Source: Thermoanaerobaculaceae bacterium (lineage in GTDB: Bacteria > Acidobacteriota > Thermoanaerobaculia > Multivoradales > UBA5704). Taken from it: a stretch of 64,000 bases of DNA. The notes under the pieces are model-generated. The model was not told the origin of the DNA. It made no database searches and saw only the letters and a list, made by a program, of their open reading frames with translations. The stretch covers positions 304,578-368,577 of the forward strand of contig CAVZUZ010000012.1 of assembly GCA_963778565.1 (NCBI GenBank), written 5' to 3'. This document shows, piece by piece, positions 1 to 9,723 of this stretch. The translations under genes and the position numbers were made by a program. Position 1 is the first letter of the stretch. The number at the start of each line of letters is the position of its first letter.

Positions 1-196
1 GCCCCGGAGGGGCAGGATTTGAACAGCCCGGGGCGGAAGCCCCGGGTAGGCGTGCCGATTCAACCTGAAAGCCCCGGAGGGCCGACCTTCGTTTGCGGAC
101 GGGCAGGCCGCCCTTCCGGGGCTTGTGGGGTTACTTTTGGCGCCCGTACCCGGGGCTCCCGCCCCGGGCTGTTCAAATCCTACCCCTTCGGGGTGG
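1..196. repeat. Long nested imperfect palindrome upstream of hisC (outer arms 10-50 / 145-185, inner arms 70-82 / 110-123); cut by the window edge
   Basis: Reverse complement of 145-185 matches 10-50 at 38 of 41 positions. Inner agccccggagggc pairs with gcccttccggggct. 1-12 also pairs with 184-196. Confidence 0.75.
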
Positions 197-245
197 GTAA
201 TCCAGGAGAGTCGGGAGTGGACACAGCGGAGCCGGAGGTGGTGGC

Positions 246-1316
246 GTGAGCCGGACTGCCGATCCCGCCGCGTTCGTCCGTCCCGAGTTGCGGGCGCTTC
301 CTGTCTATCACCTGGACCTCACCCCTTGCCGGCACAAGCTGGACCAGAACGAGGTGCCGTGGGACCTGCCGCGCCGGCTCAAGGTGGAGATGGCCCGGCG
401 CCTCCTCGCCGCGGACTGGGCGCGCTACCCCGATTTCCATGCGGATGCGCTGCGCCGCGATCTGGGGATGCTCCACCACCACCCGCCTGAAGGGGTGCTG
501 GTGGGGAACGGCTCCAACGAGCTGCTGTCGGTGACGCTGACGGCCCTGGCCGGTTCCGGCACGGAGGTGCTGGGAGCCGAGCCGAGCTTCGGGCTCTACC
601 GCAGCTTCGTGCTCAAGGCGGGGGGCACGCCCCGGTTCCTGCCGCCGCGCCCCGACTTCCGGCTGCCGGCCGACGAGCTGGAGGCCGAGGTCGAACGCGA
701 TCCGCGCCGGCCGGTTCTCCTCTGCTCGCCGAACAATCCGACGGGCGATGCCCTGCCGGTGGAGCGGATCGAGCGGCTGCTCGAACGGCTGGAGGCGCCG
801 CTGCTGCTCGACAATGCCTACGGCGAGTTCTGTCAGTACGATTACCGGCCGCTGCTCGCCCGGTATCCCCACCTCATCCTCTTCCGCACCTTCTCGAAGG
901 CCTGGTCGCTGGCGGGAATCCGGCTGGGATATCTCCTGGCCGATCCGCGCCTGGTGGCGGAGCTGATCAAGGTGAAGCTGCCGTACAACGTCGGCCATGC
1001 TTCGGTGATCGCAGGCCGGATGGCCCTGGAGGAGGCGGAGGAGGCTCGGCGGCGGGTACGGATCCTCGTGGCCCGTCGTTCCCACTGGGCCGCCATGCTG
1101 GCCGGGGAGGGATTCGAGGTGTTCCCCTCGGAGGCGAATTTCCTGCTGGTGCGGACCTCGCCGCCGGAGAGGGTGCGGGAGATCCGCGAAAGTCTGGAGG
1201 CGCGGAGCATCCGCGTGCGGGACGTCAGCGGCTATGCCGGGCTCGCCGGGTGTCTGCGGGTGTCGGTGGGGACGGGCGGGGCGTTGCGGGCGGTGCGGAG
1301 GGCGCTGCGGAATGCA
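246..1316 (+). CDS. hisC: Histidinol-phosphate aminotransferase; no stop codon of its own, the frame continues into hisB
   Basis: First ~357 aa of ORF 246..2102. Class I/II aminotransferase features: NPTGD, FSKAWSLAGIRLGY (PLP-lysine region), LRVSVGT. GGAGG 8 nt before GTG 246. Confidence 0.9.
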
Positions 1317-1467
1317 CCCTCACCCCCCGGCCCCCTCTCCCGCCCCCTCCCTTCCCACCTCACCGGGAGAGGGGGAGAAGACATGAACAAAGATTTGCTT
1401 TTGCAGTCTCCCCTCTCTCCCGGCGGACGGGAGGGAGGCTGGGAGAGAGGGGCCGGGGGAGTGAGGG
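1317..1467. repeat. Family A nested-hairpin repeat, copy A1 (CCCTCACCCC ... GGGGAGTGAGGG termini)
   Basis: Terminal inverted repeats plus two internal CTCTCCC/GGGAGAG hairpins. Same architecture as copies at 4233, 35750, 36731, 53662, 56574, 61849. Confidence 0.85.
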
Positions 1468-2102
1468 CCAGCGCCGGAGGCGCGCCGGTCCGCCCGCTCC
1501 GCATCGGCCACGTCCACCGCACCACGGCCGAAACCCACATCCGCCTCGATCTGCGCCTGGAAGGCGGCGAGCGGCGCATCGAGGTGCCGGACGGCTTCTT
1601 CGGCCACATGCTGCAGGCCCTGGCGACGCACGGCGGGTTCGGTATCGATCTGGAGGCCGCGGGAGATACGTACGTCGATCTGCATCATACGGTGGAGGAC
1701 GTGGGGATCGCCTTCGGCGAGGCCCTGGCGGCGGCTCTGGGGGAGAGGCGGGGGATCGTCCGCTTCGCCCACGCCTACGCGCCCCTCGACGAGGCCCTGG
1801 CGCGGGCCGTGGTGGACCTCTCCGGGCGCGGCTCGTTCCACTACTCGGCGCCTCCGGAGATCGCCGCCGGCTGGGTGACGGCGGAGTTCCCCCTCACCCT
1901 GGTCGCCGACTTCTTCCAGGCCGTGGCGGACCGCGGCCGGCTCACCTTGCATCTCGAAATCCTCGCGGCCCGCAACGGCCATCACGCCGCCGAGGCCGCG
2001 TTCAAGGCAGCGGCGCTGGCGCTGCGCCAGGCGGTGGCCTTCCGGACCGGACCAGCCGGGATCGCCGGCGTGCCGAGCACCAAGGGGACGCTCTCGGCAT
2101 GA
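1383..2102 (+). CDS. hisB: Imidazoleglycerol-phosphate dehydratase; start uncertain (ATG 1383 or GTG 1461, both inside repeat A1)
   Basis: C-terminal ~200 aa of ORF 246..2102: RTTAETHIRLDLRLEG, HHTVEDVGIAFGEAL, GHHAAEAAFKA are IGPD-like motifs. Stop overlaps the hisH start (ATGA). Confidence 0.9.
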   Translation: MNKDLLLQSPLSPGGREGGWERGAGGVRASAGGAPVRPLRIGHVHRTTAETHIRLDLRLEGGERRIEVPDGFFGHMLQALATHGGFGIDLEAAGDTYVDLHHTVEDVGIAFGEALAAALGERRGIVRFAHAYAPLDEALARAVVDLSGRGSFHYSAPPEIAAGWVTAEFPLTLVADFFQAVADRGRLTLHLEILAARNGHHAAEAAFKAAALALRQAVAFRTGPAGIAGVPSTKGTLSA

Positions 2103-2737
2103 GGCGCGAGGCGCTCGTGATCGACGCCGGTGTCGGCAACCTGGGCAATCTCGCGCGCGCCGTGGAGCGGGTGGGCGGGCGCGCCGGGATCACCGCCGAT
2201 CCCGAGCGCATCGCGGCGGCCCGCTGCCTGCTGCTCCCCGGCGTGGGAGCCTTCGCGCCGCCCCGGGAGGCCCTGCGCGGCGCTGCGGAGGACGCGATCC
2301 GCCAAGCGCTGGCGCGGAGGGCATGGCTCCTGGGGATTTGCGTCGGATACCAGATCCTCTTCGAGGAGGGGGAGGAGTTCGGGATCACCGACGGCCTGGG
2401 GCTCCTTCCCGGCCGCGTCACCCGGCTGCCGGAGACCGTGCCGCTGCCGCATATCGGCTGGAACCGGCTGCACGGGCTCGTCGATCATCCGCTTCTCGCG
2501 GGCCTCGCCGACGGGGACCGGGGACGTTTCGTCTACTTCGTCCACAGTTACGCTCCGGAAGAGGTGCCGGACGATCTGTGCCTCGCCCGCTGCACGCACG
2601 GCCGCGCCTTCCCGGCCGTCGCCGGACGGGGCCGGGTCATGGGCACGCAGTTCCATCCCGAGCGTAGCGGCGAGGCCGGCCTGCGCCTGCTCGCGAACTT
2701 CCTGGAGATAGGCGATGGAGCTGATCCCCGCGATTGA
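2099..2737 (+). CDS. hisH: Imidazole glycerol phosphate synthase, glutamine amidotransferase subunit
   Basis: MRREALVIDAGVGN, LPGVGAF, GICVGYQ (Cys nucleophile), FHPERS. ATG 2099 is in frame with ORF 1250..2737. Confidence 0.9.
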   Translation: MRREALVIDAGVGNLGNLARAVERVGGRAGITADPERIAAARCLLLPGVGAFAPPREALRGAAEDAIRQALARRAWLLGICVGYQILFEEGEEFGITDGLGLLPGRVTRLPETVPLPHIGWNRLHGLVDHPLLAGLADGDRGRFVYFVHSYAPEEVPDDLCLARCTHGRAFPAVAGRGRVMGTQFHPERSGEAGLRLLANFLEIGDGADPRD

Positions 2738-3425
2738 TCTGCGGCACGGTCGTACCGTCCGCCTCCGGCAAGGGGACGACAAGCGGGCGACCGTCTACGG
2801 CGACGATCCTGTCGCCCTGCTGGAGTCCTATGCCCGCGCCGGGGTCGAGCGGGTCCATGTGGTGGACCTCGACGCCGCCCTCGGCGAGGCGCCGCAACGG
2901 GAGCTGATCGGAAGGATGGCGGCGGTGGGAACGAAGGTCCAACTCGGCGGCGGTTTGCGAGACCGCGAGGCGATGGATTGGGCGCTGGCGGCGGGCTGCG
3001 AGCGGGTGGTGATCGGCTCCCTGGTGGCCCGGGACGTCGAGGCCTTTCGCGCCCTCGCCATGGAGCGGCCGGGCCGGCTCGTGCCCGCGCTGGATGTCGA
3101 CAACGACGAGATTCGGATCTCAGGCTGGAAAGAGAGCGCTTCCCGTTCGCTCGGTGAGCTGTGCGCGCGGCTGATGGGCCTGCCGTGTCCGGCCGTCCTG
3201 GTGACCGACGTCGAGCGGGACGGCATGATGACCGGGCCCAACCTGGAGCTGGCTCTCCGGGTGTCCCATACCTCGGGCCTGCCGGCTCTGCTCTCCGGTG
3301 GCATCCATGCGCTGAGCGATCTGGAGGCGGCGCGGCGGGTCCCCGAGATCGCCGGCGCCATCGTCGGCCGGGCGCTGCTCGAAGGGGTGTTTACGGTGGA
3401 GGAGGCGCTGGCGGCATGCGGATGA
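2715..3425 (+). CDS. hisA: ProFAR isomerase (1-(5-phosphoribosyl)-5-[(5-phosphoribosylamino)methylideneamino]imidazole-4-carboxamide isomerase)
   Basis: [22 protein letters not shown]-terminus, TIM-barrel HisA/HisF-like sequence, position between hisH and hisF. Confidence 0.9.
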   Translation: MELIPAIDLRHGRTVRLRQGDDKRATVYGDDPVALLESYARAGVERVHVVDLDAALGEAPQRELIGRMAAVGTKVQLGGGLRDREAMDWALAAGCERVVIGSLVARDVEAFRALAMERPGRLVPALDVDNDEIRISGWKESASRSLGELCARLMGLPCPAVLVTDVERDGMMTGPNLELALRVSHTSGLPALLSGGIHALSDLEAARRVPEIAGAIVGRALLEGVFTVEEALAACG

Positions 3426-4201
3426 GCGGTCCTTCCGGCCTGGCGCGGCGCGTGATCCCCTGCCTCGACGTCTCGAGCGGGCGCGTGGTCAAGGGCGTGC
3501 GGTTCCGCGATCTCACCGATCAGGGAGATCCCGCCGAGTCCGCCGCGCGTTACGCCGGGCAGGGAGCGGACGAGATCGTCTTCCTCGACATCACGGCTGC
3601 CCCCGAGAGGCGGGATACCGATGTCGAATGGGTCCGTCGCACCGCGGAACGGGTTTTCATCCCCTTGACCGTCGGAGGAGGTGTGCGCGGCGAGGAGGAT
3701 GCCCGCCGGCTGCTGCGCTCCGGCGCCGACAAGGTGGGGATCAACTCCGCCGCCGTCGAGCGTCCGGAGTTGGTGGGAGAGCTGGCCCGCCGCTTCGGCA
3801 GCCAGTGCGTGGTCCTCTCCGTGGACGCCCGCCGGAGAGAGGCGGGCGGATGGGAGGTGGTCACTCAGGGGGGGCGACGGCCGACCGGCCGCGATGCCCT
3901 GGCCTGGATCCTCGAGGGGGTCGAGCGCGGCGCGGGCGAGGTCCTGTTGACCAGCATCGACCATGACGGCACCAAGGGCGGCTACGACCTGGAGCTGATC
4001 GCCGAGGTCGCAGGCTCCGTGCCGGTGCCGGTGATCGCTTCGGGAGGTGCCGGCCGGCCGGAGCACCTGGCGCAGGCCCTGGCGGCCGGTGCCGCCGCCG
4101 TGCTGGCCGCTTCGATCTTCCACCAGGGGACCTACACGGTGGGTGAGGTGAAGAAGATGCTGGCGGAGGCGGGGTTTCCGGTTCGGGAGGAGGAGGAATG
4201 A
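3416..4201 (+). CDS. hisF: Imidazole glycerol phosphate synthase, cyclase subunit
   Basis: [56 protein letters not shown] 3416 is in frame with ORF 3161..4201 and overlaps the hisA stop. Confidence 0.9.
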   Translation: MRMSGPSGLARRVIPCLDVSSGRVVKGVRFRDLTDQGDPAESAARYAGQGADEIVFLDITAAPERRDTDVEWVRRTAERVFIPLTVGGGVRGEEDARRLLRSGADKVGINSAAVERPELVGELARRFGSQCVVLSVDARRREAGGWEVVTQGGRRPTGRDALAWILEGVERGAGEVLLTSIDHDGTKGGYDLELIAEVAGSVPVPVIASGGAGRPEHLAQALAAGAAAVLAASIFHQGTYTVGEVKKMLAEAGFPVREEEE

Positions 4202-4232
4202 CGCGAGCTTCCTGGCGCCCCTGCGGGGCTGG

Positions 4233-4359
4233 CCCTCACTCCCCTAACCCCTCTCTCCCAGAGGGAAAGAGGGGAACAAGAGGAAACAAGAAGAAGCACT
4301 CTTTGTCGTTTCTTCCTCCCTCCTCTCCCTCTGGGAGAGGAGGGCCGGGGAGGTGAGGG
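4233..4359. repeat. Family A repeat, copy A2 (between hisF and hisIE)
   Basis: ccctcactcccc ... ggggaggtgaggg termini. Internal hairpins cccctctctccc/gggaaagagggg and cctcctctccctctgggagaggagg. Confidence 0.85.
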
Positions 4360-4389
4360 CTTCGGAGCGGCGCCGGTGCGATTCAGGCG

Positions 4390-5058
4390 ATGTCGGTGGG
4401 AGGACTGGCGATGATCGACCTCTCCTCTCTCCGCTTCGACGACCGCGGCCTGATCCCCGTCGTCGTCCAGGACGTGGGCAGCGGCGCGGTGCTGATGCTC
4501 GCCTATGCCGACCGCGAAGCCGTCGAGCGGACCCTCGCCACCGGACAGGCCCACTTCTGGAGCCGCTCCCGGCAGGCCCCGTGGCGGAAGGGTGAGACCT
4601 CCGGCAACACACTGGAGGTGGTGGAGGTCACGGCCGACTGCGACGGCGACGCCCTGCTGGTGCGGGCGCGTCCCGCCGGGCCTGTCTGCCACCGCGGCAC
4701 GCGGAGCTGCTTCGAGCCCAATCCGGCCCGGCTGGAGCTGGGCTGGCTCGCCGCGGTTCTGGAGTCGCGCCGAGGGGCCGATCCCGCAGCGAGCTATACC
4801 GCCCGGCTGCTCGCCGGGGGAGTCGAGCGCATCGCGCAGAAGGTGGGAGAGGAGGGAGTCGAGACCGCCATTGCTGCCGTGGCGCTGGCCGCGCGGGGCG
4901 AAGATGAGGGAGATCGACGCCGCGCGGCGTTGGTGGGAGAGGCGGCGGACCTGCTCTACCACCTCCTCGTGCTGCTGCAGGCGAGCGGCGTCGATCCGCT
5001 GGAAATCCGGGATGAGCTTCTCGGGCGGCACGGTTCCGTCCGCCGGGAGCACTCCTAA
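4390..5058 (+). CDS. hisIE: Bifunctional phosphoribosyl-AMP cyclohydrolase / phosphoribosyl-ATP pyrophosphatase (start may be ATG 4411)
   Basis: GLIPVVVQD..MLAYADREA..FWSRSR..WRKGETSGN (HisI part), then ASYTARLL..KVGEEGVE..AADLLYHLLVLL (HisE part). Confidence 0.88.
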   Translation: MSVGGLAMIDLSSLRFDDRGLIPVVVQDVGSGAVLMLAYADREAVERTLATGQAHFWSRSRQAPWRKGETSGNTLEVVEVTADCDGDALLVRARPAGPVCHRGTRSCFEPNPARLELGWLAAVLESRRGADPAASYTARLLAGGVERIAQKVGEEGVETAIAAVALAARGEDEGDRRRAALVGEAADLLYHLLVLLQASGVDPLEIRDELLGRHGSVRREHS

Positions 5059-5100
5059 TGCAAAGCGCGAGCTGGTTGGATCACTGCTGGAGGTCATCCG

Positions 5101-6558
5101 ATGCCGTCTGAGGGGAGTTCGCGCCGGCCGCGGCGCGCGGTGCCGCACGTCCGCGAGTTCCTGGCCGACAGCCTGACGCCGCTGGCGGTCTACCGCCGGC
5201 TCTCCAAGCTCTCGCCGCATCGCTTTCTGTTCGAGAGCGTCAGCGGCGGCGAGCGGGTCTCCCGTTTCAGCTTCCTCGGCGCCGCGCCGCGGGAGATCTA
5301 CCGCCTCTATCCGGACCGGCTCGAAGTCGAAAGGCGAGGCCGCACCGAGATCCTGCCCGGCGAGCCGCTGGAGGCCCTGCACGAGGTGCTGAGCTCGGTG
5401 GTGAGCGAGTCGGGCTCCATCCCGTTCACCGGCGGCTTCGTCGGCTACTTCGGCTACGACCTGATCCGGCTGGTCGAGCGGCTGCCGCACCGTCCCCACG
5501 ATCCGTTCGAGCTGCCCGTCGTCCTGCTCGCCCGCTTCGACACTCTGGTGCTCTTCGATCACGCGCATCAGCGGGTGCTCGCCATCGCCAATGAGGTCGA
5601 GGGCGAGATCGACGTCGCGGCGGCGGAGAGGGAGCTCGCCCTGCTGTCCAAGCTGCTCACCGAGGAGTCGGGCAGCGGCGGGGTGGCCATGCCGGGGCAG
5701 CCGCCGGGGCCGGCGGCGACCGATCTGCCGAGCCTCGACAGCGCGAGCTTCCGCCTCGCCGTGCTCAAGGCCAAGGAGTACATCGCCGCCGGCGACATCT
5801 TCCAGGTGGTGCTCGCCCGCCGCTGGCGGGTGCCGCGGCGCATCGAGCCGTTCGCCCTGTACCGGGCGTTGCGCATGGTCAATCCGAGCCCCTACATGGT
5901 CCTGCTCGAGACCCCGGACATGTCTCTGGTGGGCGCCTCCCCGGAAATGCTGGTGCGCAAGCAGGGACGGCACATCGAGACCCGTCCCATCGCCGGCACC
6001 CGGCCGCGCGGCATGGACGCCGAGGGGGACCGGCGCCTGGCGGAAGACCTGCTGGCCGATCCCAAGGAGCGGGCCGAGCACGTGATGCTGGTGGATCTCG
6101 GGCGCAACGACGTCGGCCGGGTGGCGGTGCCGGGCAGCGTGCGGGTGCCGACGTTCATGGAGATCGAGAACTACAGCCACGTCATGCACCTCGTCTCCAG
6201 CGTCGAGGCCGAGTTGGAGAAGGGCCGGGACGGGCTCGACGCGCTGCTCGCCTGCTTCCCGGCCGGCACGGTCTCGGGCGCCCCCAAGATCCGCGCGATG
6301 GAGATCATCGACGAGCTCGAGCCGCAGGCCCGGGGACCGTACGCCGGCGCCGTGGGCTACCTCTCCTTTTCCGGCGATCTCGACACCTGCATCGCCATCC
6401 GCACCCTGGTCGTGCGCGAGAACGAGACCTCGGTGACCGCCGGTGCCGGCATCGTCGCCGACTCCGATCCCGCGGCGGAAGAGCAGGAGACCAAGAACAA
6501 GGCGGCGGCGCTGCTCACCGCGGTGGCGCTCGCCGAGGAACTGGAGAAACGATCGTGA
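5101..6558 (+). CDS. trpE: Anthranilate synthase component I
   Basis: LFESV, GDIFQVVLAR, NPSPYM, IAGTRPRG, GAVGY.SF.GDLD..IAIRT are chorismate-binding family motifs. GGAGG before ATG 5101. Confidence 0.92.
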   Translation: MPSEGSSRRPRRAVPHVREFLADSLTPLAVYRRLSKLSPHRFLFESVSGGERVSRFSFLGAAPREIYRLYPDRLEVERRGRTEILPGEPLEALHEVLSSVVSESGSIPFTGGFVGYFGYDLIRLVERLPHRPHDPFELPVVLLARFDTLVLFDHAHQRVLAIANEVEGEIDVAAAERELALLSKLLTEESGSGGVAMPGQPPGPAATDLPSLDSASFRLAVLKAKEYIAAGDIFQVVLARRWRVPRRIEPFALYRALRMVNPSPYMVLLETPDMSLVGASPEMLVRKQGRHIETRPIAGTRPRGMDAEGDRRLAEDLLADPKERAEHVMLVDLGRNDVGRVAVPGSVRVPTFMEIENYSHVMHLVSSVEAELEKGRDGLDALLACFPAGTVSGAPKIRAMEIIDELEPQARGPYAGAVGYLSFSGDLDTCIAIRTLVVRENETSVTAGAGIVADSDPAAEEQETKNKAAALLTAVALAEELEKRS

Positions 6559-7151
6559 TCCTGATGGTGGACAACTACGACTCCTTCACCTACAACCTGG
6601 TGCAGATGCTGAGCGCGGCCGGAGCGGAGGTGGAGGTGCTGCGCAACGACGCCTGCAGCGCCGCGGCGATGCTGGCGAGAAAGCCTCGGGGCATCGTGCT
6701 CTCGCCCGGTCCCGGCCGGCCGGAGGACGCCGGGGTGTGCCTCGACCTGATCCGCCTGCGCGCCCCGGTGCCCCTGCTCGGAGTCTGCCTCGGCCATCAG
6801 GCGCTGGGGGTGGCGTTCGGGGCCACCGTCGATCGGGCTCCCCGCCTGATGCACGGCAAGACCTCGCCCATCCGCCACGGCGATCGGGGGGTCTTCGCCA
6901 GTCTGCCGAACCCGTTCGAGGCCACCCGCTATCACAGCCTGGAGGTAAAGGAGAACAGCCTGCCGGAGGAGCTGGAGCCCCTCGCCTGGGCGGACGACGG
7001 GACGCTGATGGGCCTGCGCCACCGTGCGCTTCCCTATTGGGGAGTGCAGTTTCATCCCGAGTCCGTGCTCACCGGCTCCGGGCCGCACTTGCTCGCCAAT
7101 TTCCTGAATCTGTGCCACGCCGGCGAGGAGGAGTCGGATGCCCGAGCTTGA
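6555..7151 (+). CDS. trpG: Anthranilate synthase component II (glutamine amidotransferase)
   Basis: MILMVDNYDSFTYNLVQ, SPGPGRP, LLGVCLGHQA, VQFHPES. Overlaps the trpE stop. Confidence 0.92.
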   Translation: MILMVDNYDSFTYNLVQMLSAAGAEVEVLRNDACSAAAMLARKPRGIVLSPGPGRPEDAGVCLDLIRLRAPVPLLGVCLGHQALGVAFGATVDRAPRLMHGKTSPIRHGDRGVFASLPNPFEATRYHSLEVKENSLPEELEPLAWADDGTLMGLRHRALPYWGVQFHPESVLTGSGPHLLANFLNLCHAGEEESDARA

Positions 7152-8154
7152 CGCCCGTTCGGCGCTGATGCGGCTCACCGCCGGCGACAGCCTCACGCGC
7201 GAGGAGACGGAGGCCCTCTTCGGCCAGCTCATGGACGGCCAGGTCAGCGAGACCTTCAAGGCGGCGCTGCTGGTGGCGCTGCGCATGAAGGGGGAGGTGG
7301 TGGCGGAGATCTCCGGCGCCGCCGCTGCGATGCGCCGCCGCGCCATCCCGATCCCCCACACGCGGCAGGGCCTGGTGGACACCTGCGGCACCGGCGGCGA
7401 CGGCCGTGGCACGTTCAACATCTCGACCGCCGCCGCCCTGGCGGTGGCGGCGGCGGGCGTGCCGGTGGCCAAGCACGGCAACCGCTCGGTCTCCAGCCGC
7501 TCCGGCAGCGCCGACGTGCTGGCCGCCCTCGGCGTCAGGATCGAGATCGACGCCGAGACGGCCGGCCGCACCCTCGACGCGGTGGGGATCACCTTCCTCT
7601 TCGCTCCGTTGCTGCACCCGGCGATGCGCGAGGTGATGCCGGTGCGGCGCGAGCTGGGCATGCGGACCATCTTCAACGTCCTCGGTCCGCTGACCAATCC
7701 GGCGGGCGCCCGGCGCCAGCTGATGGGGGTCTACGCGGAGAGCCTGGTCGAGCCGATCGGTCACGTGCTGCGCGACCTCGGGGCCGAGCACGCTCTGGTG
7801 GTCCACGGGGAGGGGCTCGACGAGATCACCACTACGGGCCGCACGCGCGTCGCCGAGGTCAGGGACGGAGAGGTGCGGGTCTACGACCTGGAGCCGGAGA
7901 GGTTCGGCCTGCGCCGGGCGCGCCTCGAAGACCTCGCCGGCGGCACGCCCGAGGAGAACGCCGAGGCGGCCCGCCGCGTCTTCGCCGGCGAGTCGGGACC
8001 GCTCTCGGACGTGACCGCGCTCAATGCCGGGGCTGCCCTCTACGTCGGCGGCGCCGCGGCGACGCTGGAGGAAGGGGTCGAGCATGCCCGCGAGACGCTC
8101 GCCTCGGGCGCGGCGGCGGAGAAGCTGGAGGAATTGAGGACCTTTGCGGGATGA
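7138..8154 (+). CDS. trpD: Anthranilate phosphoribosyltransferase
   Basis: VDTCGTGGDGRGTFNISTAAA, VAKHGNRSVSSRSGSADVL, NVLGPLTNPA. Confidence 0.92.
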   Translation: MPELDARSALMRLTAGDSLTREETEALFGQLMDGQVSETFKAALLVALRMKGEVVAEISGAAAAMRRRAIPIPHTRQGLVDTCGTGGDGRGTFNISTAAALAVAAAGVPVAKHGNRSVSSRSGSADVLAALGVRIEIDAETAGRTLDAVGITFLFAPLLHPAMREVMPVRRELGMRTIFNVLGPLTNPAGARRQLMGVYAESLVEPIGHVLRDLGAEHALVVHGEGLDEITTTGRTRVAEVRDGEVRVYDLEPERFGLRRARLEDLAGGTPEENAEAARRVFAGESGPLSDVTALNAGAALYVGGAAATLEEGVEHARETLASGAAAEKLEELRTFAG

Positions 8155-8165
8155 GCTCGCAGAAG

Positions 8166-8260
8166 CCAAGGACCAAAAGGACAACACAAGGACTTCAAGG
8201 ACGCGAGGTGAATGACATGCTTCTTGTCCTTGGCGTCCTTGCTGTCCTTTTGGTCCTTTT
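8166..8260. repeat. Family B AAGGAC-rich palindromic repeat, copy B1 (inside the trp operon, trpD/trpC junction)
   Basis: caaggaccaaaaggacaacacaaggacttcaaggacgcgaggtgaatgacatgcttcttgtccttggcgtccttgctgtccttttggtcc. Arms of AAGGAC / GTCCTT units around a gtgaatgacatg core. Confidence 0.85.
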
Positions 8261-8279
8261 CTCCAAGCCAAGGTGAGGC

Positions 8280-9080
8280 ATGACCACCACTCCCGACATC
8301 CTCGTGCGTATCGCCGAGCGGCGCCGGCAGCGTATCGCCGAGGTGGGAGGCGCCGAAGCAGAGGGGATGGCCGGGGGCGGTCCCCGCACGCCGGGGAACA
8401 ATTCGTTCCTCGCCGCGCTGCGGGCGCGGCGCGGTCCGCCTGCGATCATCGCGGAGATCAAGATGGGCTCGCCCCGCCTCGGCGTCCTCCATGGCAAGAT
8501 CGACCCGGTGGTGCAGGCCGGCCTCTATGCCGAGAACGGCGCGGCGGCCTTGTCCGTCGTCGTCGAGCCCGATTTCTTCCACGGCAGCTACGACCTGCTC
8601 GCCGCCTGCCGCGAGGTCTCGGGCCTGCCGGCCATCGCCAAAGACTTCGTCGTCGATCCCGTCCAGCTCCGCTGGGCGCGCGACGCCGGCGCCGACGCGA
8701 TCCTGCTGATCGCCGCGCTCTACGAAGCCGAGGAGATGGCCCGCTACGCCCGGCTCGCTCGCGGTCTGGGGCTGGTGCCCCTGGTGGAGACCCACGACGC
8801 GGACGACGTCGCCAAGCTGGCCGGAGAATCATGGGAGATCGTCGGCGTCAACAACCGCGACCTGCGCACCTTCGAGGTGGATCTCCAACGCTCCATCTCC
8901 CTGCTGCCTGGACTGCCCGCAGAGGCCGTCAAGGTGGCCGAGAGCGGCATCCGCGACGGCCTCGACCTGGCCCTGCTGCGCGAGAGCGGCTTCGACGCCT
9001 TTCTGGTCGGCGAGTCGCTCCTGCTCGCCGCCGATCCGGCGGCCAAGCTGCGGGAGCTGCTGATCGGGCCTGAGATCTGA
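8280..9080 (+). CDS. trpC: Indole-3-glycerol phosphate synthase
   Basis: IIAEIKMGSP, AAALSVVVEPDFF.GS, KDFVVDP.Q, LLIAAL, VGVNNRDLRTF. Confidence 0.9.
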   Translation: MTTTPDILVRIAERRRQRIAEVGGAEAEGMAGGGPRTPGNNSFLAALRARRGPPAIIAEIKMGSPRLGVLHGKIDPVVQAGLYAENGAAALSVVVEPDFFHGSYDLLAACREVSGLPAIAKDFVVDPVQLRWARDAGADAILLIAALYEAEEMARYARLARGLGLVPLVETHDADDVAKLAGESWEIVGVNNRDLRTFEVDLQRSISLLPGLPAEAVKVAESGIRDGLDLALLRESGFDAFLVGESLLLAADPAAKLRELLIGPEI

Positions 9081-9081
9081 C

Positions 9082-9723
9082 ATGCATGTGAAGGTCAAGG
9101 TCTGCGGCGTCACCGATCCGGCCAACGCGGCGGCGGCGGTGGAATTGGGCGCCGACTACCTGGGGTTAAACTTCTATCGAGGCAGCCCGAGGTTCGTCGA
9201 GGTTGGGCGGGCGCTGGAGATTGCCGGCGCGGTGGGGGGGCGGGTGCCGCTGGTCGGCGTGTTCGTCAACGCGCCCGCGGCAGAGGTCGAGGAGGTCGCG
9301 GACCGCGTCGGGCTCGACCTGCTGCAGTTCAGCGGCGACGAGGGCCCGCAGGAGGTGGCTCCCTTCGCTCCGAGGGCCATCAAGGCCTTCCGCATCGGCC
9401 GGCCGCCGCGCCGCGAGGATGTCGCTCTCTACGGAGGGATCTGGGGGGTTTTGGTCGATGCACCCCATGACGCCCTCTACGGCGGTACGGGAGCTGCCTG
9501 GGATTACGGCTCGGTCTCCGGCGGTGCCGCGGAGCTTCCGGGCCGGCTGCTGCTGGCGGGGGGCATCGGTCCGGACAACGCCCGGCGGGCTGTCGCCGGC
9601 GTCCGGCCCTACGCCCTCGACGTCTGCTCGCGGGTGGAGTCGGCGCCGGGGATCAAGGACCTCGCGCTGCTGCGGCGGCTGTTTGAGGAGGTGAGGCATG
9701 GCGAGACCCAAACCCCTCCCTGA
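9082..9723 (+). CDS. trpF: Phosphoribosylanthranilate isomerase
   Basis: [10 protein letters not shown]...[33 protein letters not shown]; position between trpC and trpB. Confidence 0.88.
   Translation: MHVKVKVCGVTDPANAAAAVELGADYLGLNFYRGSPRFVEVGRALEIAGAVGGRVPLVGVFVNAPAAEVEEVADRVGLDLLQFSGDEGPQEVAPFAPRAIKAFRIGRPPRREDVALYGGIWGVLVDAPHDALYGGTGAAWDYGSVSGGAAELPGRLLLAGGIGPDNARRAVAGVRPYALDVCSRVESAPGIKDLALLRRLFEEVRHGETQTPP

Noticed and set aside
10-185. GGATTTGAAC / GTTCAAATCC motifs resembling tRNA T-arms, suggesting tRNA genes at the window start.
   Set aside because: The flanking bases do not form a T-stem, acceptor stem or anticodon arm. The two motifs are simply the two arms of a 41-nt inverted repeat.
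4132-6189. Long antisense ORFs opposite hisF/hisIE/trpE, and similar ones at 180-1085, 2828-4123, 9653-10777, 41383-43509, 23181-24770 and 55489-56583.
   Set aside because: They have Arg/Gly/Ala/Pro-rich, low-information translations antisense to genes with clear family motifs. This is typical of spurious ORFs in high-GC genomes.
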